Source: Rhodosorus marinus CCMP1338 (taxonomy: Eukaryota > Plantae > Rhodophyta). Taken from it: a stretch of 47,807 nt of DNA. The notes under the pieces were generated by a model. It was not told where the DNA came from. It ran no database searches and saw only the letters and a program-made list of their open reading frames with translations. The stretch covers positions 1 to 47,807 of the forward strand of contig JAMWBK010000014.1 in the NCBI GenBank assembly GCA_029953675.1, given 5' to 3'. The number at the start of each line of letters is the position of its first letter. The first letter of the stretch is position 1. The translations under genes were made by a program, and so were the position numbers. Shown piece after piece: positions 1-11,652 of this stretch.

Positions 1-158
1 ACGAACGAATGGTTTAATCGGAGGCTGAAAAAAACCCCGAGGGAAAAAGACTAAGCGCGGCGAAGTACTCGCGAAGTACTCGCGGCATTCATCAAAGCGG
101 CATTCATGCGCCACAGCAGGAAACTTAAACGTAAACAACGATTGAAGACGGTCAGGGC
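1..158 (-). mobile_element. RLE-A non-LTR retrotransposon 3'-end fragment, cut by the window edge
   Basis: Matches the 3' end of 31061-33504: end of the RLE coding region, T-rich UTR, then CAGCCTCCGATTAAACCATTC(GTTC)n. Has a 10-bp duplication at 61-80. Confidence 0.9.
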
Positions 159-329
159 AATCTTTCAAAGAGAAAGTGGTCAAAGAGGGCTTGGTACGCC
201 GTGTGGCTCGGCAAATTCGTGGAGCGCCCCAACTGGCTATCGTTTGCAAAGCCCGTATCCCCCGTTCCTGCCGCTGGGCGTGCGGAACCTGCTGAGAACG
301 TTGGCTCCTGCAGTGGGAACGGCTTCTTT

Positions 330-453
330 GGTGGAGAGTTGTTCCATGAACGCCTGACCGTCTTCTGTTGATGGCTTCGGTTCCGCATGAATGGCCGCGA
401 TGTCCAATGCAAGGCCGCCGCTCTAGTTTTTTCAGCCTCGATTAAACCATTCG
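330..453 (+). mobile_element. Degenerate RLE-A-like 3'-end fragment
   Basis: GAGTTGTTCC..GAACGCCTGACCGTCTTC and TTTTCAGCCTCGATTAAACCATTCG resemble the RLE-A 3' terminus. Confidence 0.6.
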
Positions 454-734
454 AATGTTGAAGGCGGCTCATTCCGCAGAAAAACAAAACGCAGAGTGTT
501 CTGCTGTGTTCCCCCCGTTTTTTGTGCAGCTCGAATGAACACATCATGTTTCAAGCATTGATCCTCCTGGCTGCCATAACCGGATCTGGTGCAGAAGAGT
601 GGATAGCCGGAGCGAAAGACAACATCAAACGGGTTCAGCTACCGAAACAGAAACACTCTCAATCAACTCCTCCGAACAAAAACCGAGCAAACAACTATGA
701 CTGGAGACGTGCCCCTCCGAGGGTGAATTCTTCG

Positions 735-3627
735 CGGCGTCTCATGCTGGCGGCGGCAGATCCACGGCGCTCCCCCGCAGCCGGGAGATAACGACTAGCT
801 TGAGGGTTAGGAACAGCAAGATCAACGTATGTGGTACGGCGGCTGTCGTCACAGGTGATCACCAGGTCGGCTACACGGCGTTCATCATTTTGAAAGTCCG
901 CGACGGGTAAAGGTTTCTCACGTTCGATTTCCAGACCGGCTTGCCGGACTATAGGCCGAAGTTCCCGGTATAACAGGTTCAAGATCCGTGTGTGGCGGCG
1001 GGTTCGAGCACCTTTCACCGCCGGGCAACTAGCGAGCGTTGTCTTCAGTCTGAGAGCAGAGAGGGCACGACGGACCCATCTCGTACGGCCAAGGGGGCTG
1101 ATGTAAGCCGAGGTATAAGCGCAGTGAAGTACGCACTTCGAAATCCGACAGTGTGAGTGGCGGAAAGGCTGGTACGGTCATGAGCCACTGAGAGCTAATA
1201 ACCCCTCCAAGACTACGTAGGCGGGCGCGAGCGCGAGAAGATGAGACCATCTGCGCGAGGAGTCGGCCATATGCAGCACGGTGCAAGTCCCAAGAAAGGA
1301 TATTTTGCAGCGCATCCGTGCGTGCTTGAGCTCGGCTCCCAGCGCGCTGGGAATCATCAGGAGGATCAACTGGAACTTCTTCTTCTGCGGCAACCACTGG
1401 GTCAATCTCCCCTAGAACAGGTTCAGGCGCAGGACGAATCCCGGGGCGGAGCCTCGAGAGCGGTCAAATACAGCTCGCCAGTCAGGAAGACGGGGTTGAA
1501 CGGTTTCGGGGAGACTAGTACAGGAATTCAGGGCGGTTTGGAGCTCCAGAAACAAGTCTTGGGCGCTTTCCGGTACGCTGGGAAGCAAGACACCCCGCGA
1601 GAGGCTCGCCATCAAATTGCGGAACTTCGAGATACCCAAGCTGCTCAAAGTGGGAAGTGCGGTTCCCCAGGCCCCTACTGCAGCTGCAGGTTGGACCACA
1701 ACACGATTGCAGAGGCCCAGTCCCCCAATCGCAATGGGAGGCCTACCTGGGCGCGCACAACATCAGAGGTGGGTCGCGGCAGAGCGCTCAGCTCTTCATC
1801 GAGAAAATACCCCAGGTCACGGAAACTTTCAGCATCCGCACGAGTGGCCAAACACCGGTCCCAATGAGTTGGAAGTGAGCGAAGCCATTAGGTTAACCGC
1901 TGACTGCAACAATACCGGAAACAGCAGCAACGAGCACTGAGAAAGCCCGGAGGTAGCCGTCGAAGCTCTGCAACCAGCTGTCTGTGCTTACCGAGGAGCT
2001 GCAGCAACTCGCCTTCAACGAAGGACGGCGACCCGTAGGGGATGCCTCCGGTCTCCAAAAAGTGGACGCAGGTACCCGTGCCTGCCCAACCGATATCCTG
2101 GAACGACGCAGGTACCTGCTGCTCTTGTGCAGCTACACCTCCCCAGTAGAACGATTTGTGATGATTAACCTCCAGGTCAACCCGCGAAGCCAAGGAGCGG
2201 AGACGATCATAAGCGAGTGCTAGAGTATCAGGGGGCCCCAGGAGGCACACGTCGTCGTGGTATGCAACCGTACGAACCTGCGGGAATTCGGAGCGAAGAC
2301 AAAGCAAGACGAGTTGTAGTCCACAGGCATGTAGGAAAGGGGACAAGGGATCACCCTGTTGTACCCCTGTGCGCGCCGCAAACGTGTGTGAGGAAGCGCC
2401 AAGGGTGTCATAGGTAGCCCCCGACCAAGCGGAGAATAAAGTCTACTAACAAAGGGAAAGCCTACAGGGAAGACTTCGCGCACCACGTGCATGAGAGCCG
2501 GACGAGAGACGCGGTTGAACGCATTGGTAAAATCTACAGAGAGGAGCCCAGAATCTGGGGAGTACGCCATTTCCGAACGGAGTAAAACAGACAACAACTC
2601 ACAGCCACCACCATAGCCCACGCCTAACTGCACGTGCCCAAAGAAACGGCGGGATTCGGGAACCAGGATTTTCACTAACCATCGCGCCGCCAATTTGCGG
2701 ACCACCTCAACCAGGCCAATAGGGCGAATAGCAGGGCTCGAGGCCGTGTGGCCGGGCTTCGAAAGCAGACACAACTGCGAACGACCGACCAAGAACCACG
2801 CACACTCACACAGGGGATCACCATTCACAAGCGCTTCGACCACCCACGCCAACGCCTTCAAACCTTCATCACTTAAGAAACGGAGATATTCCACCCGCAG
2901 CCCCGAGGGCCCTGGGGAACGGCCCTTCGGAGCATCATGAACCAACCTCACGCACCGCCTCCAGATTGACCACTAACCGCGCACTGGGATGTGGCGCGGC
3001 GCGGTACTCTTCCAACACTGATTCAAACGAGGAGTCCCAAGGGGAGCCTTCCGAGGGAAAGAGCAAACGGAGCGGTGAAGAAAGATCATCGGAGTATGGA
3101 ACCACAGGTTGCCGCTGCTGGAGGATCCCGGCTGCCCGCCGCAGATCACCGCCTGCCACCGCGTGACGCGCCCGATTCTGTCGAGAAGACCTAAAAGCTG
3201 AGGGAGCACTAGGAGAAAAGGAAGAGAGAGAAGCGAAACAAAGACGTTCGAGGTCCTCAAAGTCGCCGGAAAGGAACATTTGCAGTTTTCGGCGAGGGTG
3301 GACCCGGCGAGGATGTGGGTTGAGGGGGACGGTAGAGGAGGTGAGCACGAGGCGGGGAAAAAAGAACAAGAGTTCCCAGCGAAGAGAGCAGTGAGGGGTC
3401 GCGGCGACCTGCTGCCAGAGAAAATCCAACACCAATCCTAGGGGCTTATGAAGTCGACGAAGGAGCCGTACGGCCGTGCTCTGACGACAAAGGGGAAGGG
3501 AACCGTCCGGGTAGGAGGCGACAAGGTGCGAAAACCACGAGAGAACACGCTCATGCCAGGCTGAGCGGTCACTGGTAAACAGGGGTAACCGGGACGACAC
3601 GCACGCGGAGGAGGAAGACTCAGGCAT
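735..3627 (-). pseudogene. RLE-A ORF2 (RT, CCHC finger, restriction-like endonuclease), frameshifted and 3'-truncated
   Basis: Pieces 2935-3627, 2220-2951, 1888-2346, 1412-1699, 1029-1397 and 695-1018 join into the protein seen in 31025-33443. ATG at 3625-3627. Confidence 0.9.
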
Positions 3628-4919
3628 CGGGCCTCCCCTCAGTCGGGAAGGCAGATCGAATATCCGGAGGAGGTGCCTCGGAGGGAGGCTCAGGAGCCGC
3701 ACGACGCTTACGTGGGGGGCGCACGAAGGAACTAAAAGACCTGAAGAAAGTAGACACAGGGTTTTCAGCAGCGGAGTCTTGACTGAGGGTGTCCAGAGCC
3801 AGCGGATTCGGAGAGGCCGATGGTGCTTCTGCCATGTCGGTGTCACGAGCCTCGGAGACAGGGCGAGGGGAGGAAGGGGTGCTCAAGAGTCAGCGGCAGA
3901 AGGTCAAACGCAGGGTGGGCTTCCAGCAGGGTGGCCTCAGTGGAGAGGAAGGCCTCTAACGCGGTGCGGAGGACCCCGCGAGGAGGAAAACGCGCGAAGA
4001 GGCTCGCCTGTATGCGCGAGAGCCGCGCCGCATGAGTGTGTAGCGCGACAACCGAAGCCTGCGAGGCATCCAGGTTTTGCAAGGCCGACGGAGGAACCCA
4101 GCCGGCGTCAAAACGATCGAACTCGACAAACAAAGAGACATGAGGACGAGTCAGTATCATGTTGGCCAGAGCAGAGCGCTGGGGCGCGGGGGTGGTTACA
4201 AGCGATTGAAGGAACTGGTAAGCCGAGTCAGTAACAAGAAAACAGGCATGAGGGCCCGTGAAGTCCACATATAGGAATTCAGATGGGGCGACCCCAAGGG
4301 AGGAAGCCATGGTGTCGCGAAAATCGCGGTAGTGGACGGGCGCGCGGCCCCGACCACGAGAGGGGGTCTGGGGACGCACGTTCGTCATCCAAACAAAGTG
4401 GAACGGAGATAGTTGGCGAGAAGAGTCAATAGGGATGTGTTGTGGCATCATACGCACCATTGCCGTCGTGCGTTGTTCAGAAGAGCCCCTGCGCAGGACC
4501 TGCGAATAGGTCGCACGTGGGGCACTGGAGGGAGCAGGATTCGGGCCCGACGCGGGCCCAGGAGGCGTCTGTCCTTGAATAGGGGTAGGCCAGTCGGAAT
4601 CAGGAATGACCGGAGCGGAGCGCTCGGGTCGGGTGGAGGCAGGCCCCGCTGTACCGTGCGGATCCGCGGGGACGGGCACCGGGGGGTATGGGACAGGCGC
4701 GGAGGCGGAGAAGCGCTCCAAATAGGCGATCAGCAGGGGCAGGCGGTGTTCCTGGGAAGCAGTCACAAGAAGACTCGTCATTTTCGAGCAGATCCCATGG
4801 GCTAACTCGTCAGCGCAGTCCGTGAGGGTGGCCGCGGTACTAAACCCGCCCACGCTGAGCTCCACGCGCGCTGAGAGAACGGCTCCGTCCGCCGGAATGG
4901 GTGGGGAAACCCCAACCAT
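3620..4919 (-). CDS. RLE-A ORF1 (gag-like, putative RNA-binding); 1-nt frameshift in a G-run near 3877
   Basis: Same protein as the uninterrupted 432-aa ORF at 28002-29300. Lies upstream of ORF2 and overlaps its start. Confidence 0.8.
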
Positions 4920-5228
4920 AACGATAGGAAGGTGTGAAAAACCGATTCCCCCACGAAACCCCCAAAAAGAGAACTTGTTCCCAACGTTTGCAACCAAAGA
5001 AAAACCACCACGACCTCCAAGGGGCGCTAGCAACCCCCAGCACACACCACACCACTAGAAGATGCGGGGGAAAGGCTGCAGAAAGAAGCGCCTCCCACCG
5101 AAGAACACAATTGCGACTCAAAACCACCAAAAGCCAGCACCATACACCCTCACGAAACCAAAAACTGTATTGTGAACATGGTTCTCAAAAGCGCGGGAAG
5201 TTCATGTAGTTGACTGAATTTCTTTAAT

Positions 5229-5705
5229 CGAACGAACGAATGGTTTAATCGGAGGCTGAAAAAAAAAAACCCGAGGAGAAAAAAAGACTAAGCGCGGCGA
5301 AGTACTCGCGCCTCCAACATCAAAGCGGCATTCATGCGCCACAGCAGGAAACTTAAGCGGGTAAACAACGATTGAAGACGGTCAGGGCGTTCGCGGAACA
5401 ACTCCCGAATCGGAGACTGAAAGAAAAAACTTCGAGGGCAGAAAAAAGACTATGCGCGGCGAAGATCGCGCCTCCAACATCAAAGCAGCGTTCATACGCC
5501 ACAGCAAGAAACTTAAACTGGTAAACGAGGAGAGATGGTCAGGGCGTTCGCGGAACAATTCCCGAAGCCAACGAGAGTTTACGGAATCCATAAACCCAAA
5601 GCACTCAATGACCAGAGGTACCAGGCGATGACCTAGAGCCGAAGCACGAATGCCTGGGGAAGACAAAGCTCCCGCATATTTCAACTCTTTGCGACGTCTC
5701 AAGTA
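5229..5705 (-). mobile_element. Two stacked RLE-A-type 3' fragments (about 5229-5409 young, 5410-5705 older)
   Basis: RLE C-terminal coding (LVPLVIECFG) and 3' UTR occur twice head-to-tail. (GTTC)n tail at 5229-5240. Confidence 0.85.
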
Positions 5706-5714
5706 GTTTACGCC

Positions 5715-6450
5715 GGTCATTATCCTAACACCCAAGCTCTCAACCCTCTATACAGTGGTTTCTGAGCTTTTCTTAAAACATTTTGCTCAGTTCACCGTTT
5801 CACATTTTTCACACTCTTTGCCTTTTTGCCTTTTTGCCTTTTTTGCACTTTTGCCGCTACGTATGAGATGTCGCAAAGAGTTGATATATTCGGGGGCTTT
5901 GCCTTCCCCAGGGATTCGTGCTTCGGTTCTAGCTCATCGCCTGGTACCTCTGGTCATTGAGTGCTTTGGGTTTGTGGATCCCGTTGGTTCTCTGTGTTCC
6001 GTGAACGCCCTGACCGTCTGACAACCTCGTTGCTTACCTGTTTAAGTTTCTTGCTGTGGCATATGAACGCTGCTTTGATGCACGCGATCTTCGCCGTGCT
6101 TAGTCTTTTTTTCCCCTCGGGATCTCTTTCTTTTAGTCTCCGATTAAACGAATTCATTCATTTTGCCCTTTTGGCACTCTCACGTGATACCCCTCCAGGT
6201 TGGGAGTACCCCACCTATCACAAAAGAGTGTGACGAGGAGAAGGAAACAGGGGTATCACACGATGACCGAAGCTCGAATTCTAGGCAACTAAACTCAGTG
6301 ACAGTTTTGGGTTCTTGAGGGTGTATGGTGAAGTAATCCACCGCCGAATCCAACTCCGAAAACGCGCGCCTCCAAATGCACCAGTGCCCGGCCTGCTTCT
6401 GGACGTAAGCCTGCAAAGCCAGTGGCTGCCATCTCGCAGTCAAACCCTTA
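5715..6450 (+). mobile_element. RLE-C family 5' region, interrupted by an RLE-A-type fragment
   Basis: GGTCATT..GCTCTCAACCCTCTATA..CAGTGGTTTCTGAGCTTTTC and GTGATACCCCTCCAGGTTGGGAG are shared with 47047-47210 and 39860-40337(-). The 47 kb copy runs into RT motifs. Confidence 0.6.
5856..6160 (+). mobile_element. 5'-truncated RLE-A-type insertion with 7-bp TSD
   Basis: RLE C-terminus plus 3' UTR ending ATTCATTCA, flanked by TTTTGCC at 5849-5855 and 6161-6167. Confidence 0.8.
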
Positions 6451-6607
6451 CTGCTCAGGATTCTCCCCCTTAGACCCGGGAAAGTCGGTCCTACACGCTT
6501 GCACCTAGCCGCACCAAAGGTGTCCGCCGCCCGCTCCGTGAGGCTTGCGGGATTTTACCCTGTGCGTTCGGCGAGTAATCGGGGCACTCTCCACTGTGGT
6601 GGTTTTG

Positions 6608-7135
6608 ATAGTGTAGCCTGATGCGCTACGCAAGACGTAAAAGGAAAAAAATTAACTAGGGACTAGGGAGAAGAGCATGTAAGCCCAGGCGGCGGTGGCG
6701 CGCCTCGGCAAGCATGTTGCAAGAATACCGCCAGAGAGCGACACTCAAACGGCGGAGGAGCACCAGATGTTATTCAGGATGTTCGGTAAAACATTTAAGC
6801 AGCCACTCCAAGCTTGAATTTTAGGGACTAGGAAGAAGAGCATGTAAGCCCGGTCGACGGAGGCGCCCCTAGGCGAGCATGTTGCTAGAATACTGCCAGA
6901 GTGCGATACTTAAACGGCGGAGGAGCACCAGATATTCTTCAGGATGTTCGGTAAAGCGCTTACGCGGCCACTCCAAGTTTGAATTTTCCAGATGCAAAAG
7001 CTGGAACCTGTGAGACCGGCCCTCTTTCTCGGGGAGGGCCGGTCTGGCCATGCTCTCAGCGTAGCGTCGTTCCTTCATGCGTCCGAAGTCCAGAAACTGC
7101 TGTAACCCTGCGGAGAACGGCAGAAGGCAGATAGG
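6608..7135 (-). mobile_element. Two tandem RLE-B-type 3' fragments
   Basis: Encode KERRYAESMA..EHPEEY..LLRRLSIALWQY, homologous to the C-terminus of 12032-13249. The unit is repeated at 6608-6822 and 6823-7135. Confidence 0.8.
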
Positions 7136-7452
7136 TACTCTCTCTCTACTGTAGATACAACATTTTAGGGGAACAACAGTGTACGGACCAAACCGTCCGT
7201 TGGTACGGATATGTGGACCAATAGGTATGGGGTTGCAGAAAGTCATGAGTTAGACATAGTTGTAACTGCATCGTCCCAGCACTACTCCCGAATCTCTCTC
7301 ATTTTGTGAGGGACTGGGCTCGATATATGGTAGCTTGCAAGGTGCGAATGTGACAGTAGGCTGTGGAGGGTTCTCCGCTTATACTCCAGAAGTAGCCTTT
7401 AAAGAATTCATGCAAAGCGAAGTTGAAAGTATATATTTAATGGGCCCTAGCT

Positions 7453-9199
7453 TCAGCTACGCGCAATAGTACGGAGGAAGGCGGGAGTGCTAGCGTAGAG
7501 CATTGAGCCAAGTGGCTCCTTCAGTCCAAGCCGGTATGCCAATCTAGGAATGGCCAGCATTAGGTGAGCGAACTTCGGGTTGACAGCTTCCGTATAAGTC
7601 GAGGCGAGTACGTCGTTGACGATAATGGTTCCTTCGAGAGTGTGGGGGTTGTACAATCCACGACGGTTCACGAGAGAAATATTAGCGACTTTCGAGGTCG
7701 AACCATCGTATAGCGTGAGGATGTCTCCAGACGTCACGTCCTTGGCTGCTAAAAGGGTTCCTTCGATGACCATGTAGTGCCCCGCGGTCAACTCAATCAC
7801 GTGTTCACTCGTCGTTTCGATGCGCACAAACTCTGAAGTGATAGACCCGTCCTTGTGTCCAAATCCAAATACATCGCTAAAACGACCACTGGAGACCATC
7901 ACGCGATCTCCTGCACGAACTTGATCCATCCTCTTCGATGATCCGTCCTCCATTACCACCAAAGCACCTTCAGGGAAACATCCATCATTAGGTACTGTAG
8001 CTACTAGGTCATCACTGAGTTCAGCCAGAGACAGAGATCCACCGAGCTTCTTCACATTGCTTAGCATGAATTTCGTATGAGGACGGCTCGAAAGGCTCGC
8101 GTAGGCATTTTCGTATTCCGGTCTGCATGCTGCAGTTGAATAAAGGATTGGAAGAGTCGGTTTAGTATTGCGAACTTCGGACTAAACGAAACGACGCTCG
8201 GTTGGTTTGCAGAAGCGTGGAATACTCACATCCTGTCCGTTCATCCACGGCGATATAGCTTGCCACCCCGATAGCAATGTGTTCAGATGGTGTGCTTCCA
8301 GGAACGAGCAACGGACCTCCACTATCGCCGAAGCATGCCGTTCCTCGAGAACCATCATGGTTTCCATTTGAGCAAATCAGGTCAGGATCTCCAGCCTGGC
8401 CCACTAGTTCAAGAAATCTGCACTGATCAGACGGCACCACGACCGTATCCCCATACCGCATCCTTCCGTCAGCCCTATCGGCACCGGGATAACTGAGCCC
8501 GAACCCCACGGCCATAGACGGCAGTCCAGCTGGAGGAGTTTCCAAGCTGATCTTCATTATTGGAATTCCGGTCATTGGACCCGAAAGTTTGAGGAGACTC
8601 AGGTCATTCCCCGATATTACTGTCGACCTGTGGTACGCTCTGGGTATTGCAGCATTCGTGACCATATTACATACTCCATGGTCGGCAAAATAGTCTATCG
8701 TACCAGCACACACTACCAGTCGGATATTAGCAGGGATCTCATCAACGCAATGTGCTGCAGAAAGCACTATGTCCTCATCAACGATTGACCCTGTACATAC
8801 GATTCCAATCACGTTGTCCAGGCTATCAATGGCGACGATCACTCCCACGTTGGCGAACATATCACGGTTTGGCACGTGCTCGCCGTTGTAAATCCTCGAG
8901 CTCAACCACTTCTTCGCCCTGGCGACGACAGCTTGATTGTCCGCCGGTGTGATCTCCACGTCCGTAGTATTCTCGAATGTGATATATCTCGTCTCCAGCC
9001 CGATATCTTCAGGTGTATTCCCATCGAGGGCATCCTCTCGCACGTTCCCACTGTTCTCATTGATTGCTCTGTCCAGTTCATTGATTCCATCCAAAGTTAT
9101 TGCTGGCTCCATCAGGTCGACAGGAACAGCGCTCACAAAACCCAAGGCCAACACCACCAGAACACCAAGTTGAATCCGCATGATTATTTTACGCGTCAT
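7453..9199 (-). CDS. Secreted S1 (trypsin-fold) serine protease fused to a Hedgehog-type Hint/Hog domain; join(8230-9199, 7453-8129), 548 aa predicted
   Basis: Signal peptide, R|IYNG activation site, triad motifs AAHC / NDL / GDSGGP. A 100-nt intron at 8130-8229 (GTGAGT...CTGCAG, phase 1) joins in frame to the Hint ORF (G|CFP, TAGH, GLYNPHT, VNDVLAS). Confidence 0.8.
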
Positions 9200-9439
9200 C
9201 GTTTCTTCCTCTGCAAAAAACTTTCCAGAAACTGTTCACTACCTGTCCTCTCTTCTTTGAATTCTACTCTTGACCATCTATCAACCTCTTGCATGCCGTA
9301 GCCCCTCAACACCCATATATACTCACAACTCCTCAGATGGCAGTTTTACAAACCACCACCGCAAACCACCACCAATCGGAACAAAGGCACAACCCCAGAC
9401 TATCCTTCCACCCAGTAAAACCAACACCTGACAGCTCGA

Positions 9440-10600
9440 GCATGTTGGAGGCGCGCGATCTTCGCTGTGTGTAGTGTTTTTTTCCCCCTCTGGTTTTTTT
9501 CTTTCAGTCTCCCATTAAACAAATTCATTTCAGTATGCGCTGACACTAAACCATTCGTTCGACAGGAATAGGAATTCGTTTAATTGGAGCGGGCTTCAAA
9601 ATTGCTGGTCGCGGAAGCTCTTTCAGAGCTATCAACGGTCCATGGGGCTCTGGGAGATGGTACAATAGCTCTTCCGCAACACCTAAAACGTTGTTTACCC
9701 GCTTAAGTTTCCTGCTGTGGCGCATGAATGCCGCTTTGATGTTGGAGGCGCGAGTTCCTCGCCGCACTTAGTCCTTTTTTCCGGCTCGGGGGTTTTTTTT
9801 TTTCAGCCTCCGATTAAACCATTCGTTCGTCTGATCCTTGAGTTCTCTGGGATTATGGACTCCGTTGGTTTTCGTTAGCTTCTGGTTGGTCAGCTGGTTT
9901 TTTTTCCTTCAGTCTCCCGACCAAACAGAATCTTCCTATTCAATTCACGTGGTGGCATCCAGTCAAAATCGCTTCGAAACACCGGTTGATATATTTTTGT
10001 TTTTCAGTGGAGATTCAAAGGAGTCAATCAATTAAATTGAAGAGCAAGAATCGAACAGGTTCATTTGCGAAGATATGACACCACCATTCGTTTCGCAACA
10101 CCTAAAACTCGGAACATAGCCATCAGCACTGACCACGTTTTCCGTGCGACCAGCGAGGAGTTACAAAAAAAAATTGTTTTGTTTTGTTTTCGAAAATCAA
10201 CATAACATAACTCTTGTTTAAATATTGACCAATTGTGATCCGCTTCAATCATTTTCAATAATCGAACGAATGGTTTAATCGGAGGCTGAAAAAAAAAACC
10301 CCGATAGGGGAAAAAAAGACTAAGCGCGGCGAAGTACTCGCGCCTCCAACAATAATCGATGTACGACTTACTAAATATTTACACTATTCAAAAGGATATA
10401 TCGCCAAATGTCCAATCATGATTCATAGCTTGCTTCGTAAACATGGTACCACCAATCAAAGGCCCGGGAAGTTCTGTCAGAGCTATCAGGGACCATGTGC
10501 ATTGTGTTGTTAGAGATATACTCTTTCGTCGCATCGGGATGCGAAGCGTTAGCCATCAACGAACGAATGGTTTAATCGGAGGCTGAAAAAAAATAGAAAA
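9440..10600. mobile_element. Cluster of short RLE-A-type 3'-end fragments (about 9440-9560 +, 9690-9831 +, 10262-10350 -, 10558-10600 -)
   Basis: Each carries part of GGAGGCGCG...T-tract...CAGCCTCCGATTAAACCATTC(GTTC). Confidence 0.8.
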
Positions 10601-10740
10601 AAAAAAGAAGCGCTACCCACCTCCGTTTTCTTCTAAAAAAACAAACCGGCCTGGCAGTCTAGGCTATGCTAGTAATGAATTTGCTTAATTGGGGATTGAA
10701 AGAAAAAGCCCCCCCAAAAAAACCGGAAGGGAAAAAAAAT

Positions 10741-11652
10741 AGTACCAAATGGGTCGTACGGAGCTGGCGCGATGACTGTAGCTTTGTCATTGAGCTAGTG
10801 GATAACTTGGGGTTGCGTGGATGGTTCTGGCCTTTACCTCGCCAGGTTCGCAGTTCCCTTCGAAAGCGGTATTTTCTACACACCGTTCGCTGTCACAATT
10901 GAAACCGAGAGTGCCTGTTTGAGCACTCTCGGCAAAGACATTCTCCCTTTTCATTCACTGCAGCTTCCTGTAGATTGGAACAGGGGGAGAATCGTGAGGA
11001 GCTTGGAGGGGATAATTGAGGTGATTTCCTTCTAACCAAACCTTTGTAGGACCACAGCTCAGTGCCCACGACGAGGGTGGGCTCGTGATCGCAAGGCAGT
11101 CAGAACCGATCCTGCAAGTGCGAGAGGGGCACACCGATGCACATTCGAGTTCGGCAGTTCAGCCGAATTGGAACGCTTTGCCGGGTTTCAACTCTCGACA
11201 CTTGAAATCTAAGGTCAGTCATGCTCGTCTTGCGTTCGAGTCCGACTGATTCTCCCGGGCCTGGGCGTATCCGACGACCTCAAAGTCCCTATCATGACAC
11301 GAGGCTGTTTTTTTTTGTCCTCCAACTCGAAAGGCCTTTCTCTTCGTGAATCTCTTTGTGCTGAATGGAATCGAATCCCCCTTGACCCAGATTCCCGTTC
11401 TCAGTTCAGTATCGTGAACCCATCTCGCACATAAAAACTCATCCGAAAGCAGGTGTTCATTGCGGGCCTCATGCGTTGGACGGGCTCGAGATTTGCACTG
11501 CCCAGCACGTTCCCTGCAAAATCTCTCAGATCGAAGGTCCGAGTCCGCATCGTAAAGCTCTCAAACGCCGCCTCACCAGCACGTGTACCGGTTTTGGGAG
11601 CCCCAAGAACTGCCACCAACAATAAAAACCATACAACGAAAGTTCTACTCAT
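10741..11652 (-). pseudogene. Degraded paralogue of the secreted Cys-rich modular protein family
   Basis: Signal peptide. CFRMSFYVRDGFTIL..LRTGIW..RFTKR aligns with CIRAKFRADDGFQLNLLRAGAH..RFTSR of the 38739 gene. Intron at 10968-11041 and a Cys-module exon at 10838-10967. Frameshifts near 11405 and 10925. Confidence 0.65.

Larger units (their letters stand above)
735..5167 (-). mobile_element. RLE-A non-LTR retrotransposon (CRE/R2-like), near full-length copy 1, 3' end missing
   Basis: ORF1 plus ORF2 with RT motifs (GKSPGPSG-like, RPIGL, GVQQGDPLSP, YHDD), CPLC finger and RLE motifs (RHTRI, RVADLV, YVDLAV). Near-identical to 17727-20288, 27138-29548 and 31061-33504. Confidence 0.95.

Noticed and set aside
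522-791. Short ORF with a signal-peptide-like start (MFQALILLAAITGSGA)
   Set aside because: It runs into antisense RLE-A sequence, with no homology or splice support visible.
7453-8067. Stand-alone intein or separate Hint gene
   Set aside because: No terminal (H)N followed by C/S/T and no homing endonuclease; it ends in a Hog-type tail. Its ATG lacks a signal peptide and the frame is better explained by splicing to the protease.
9310-9322. TATA-like boxes upstream of the protease-Hint gene (and near 38903 for the 6-exon gene)
   Set aside because: The position is compatible, but TA runs are common and no transcription start data are available.
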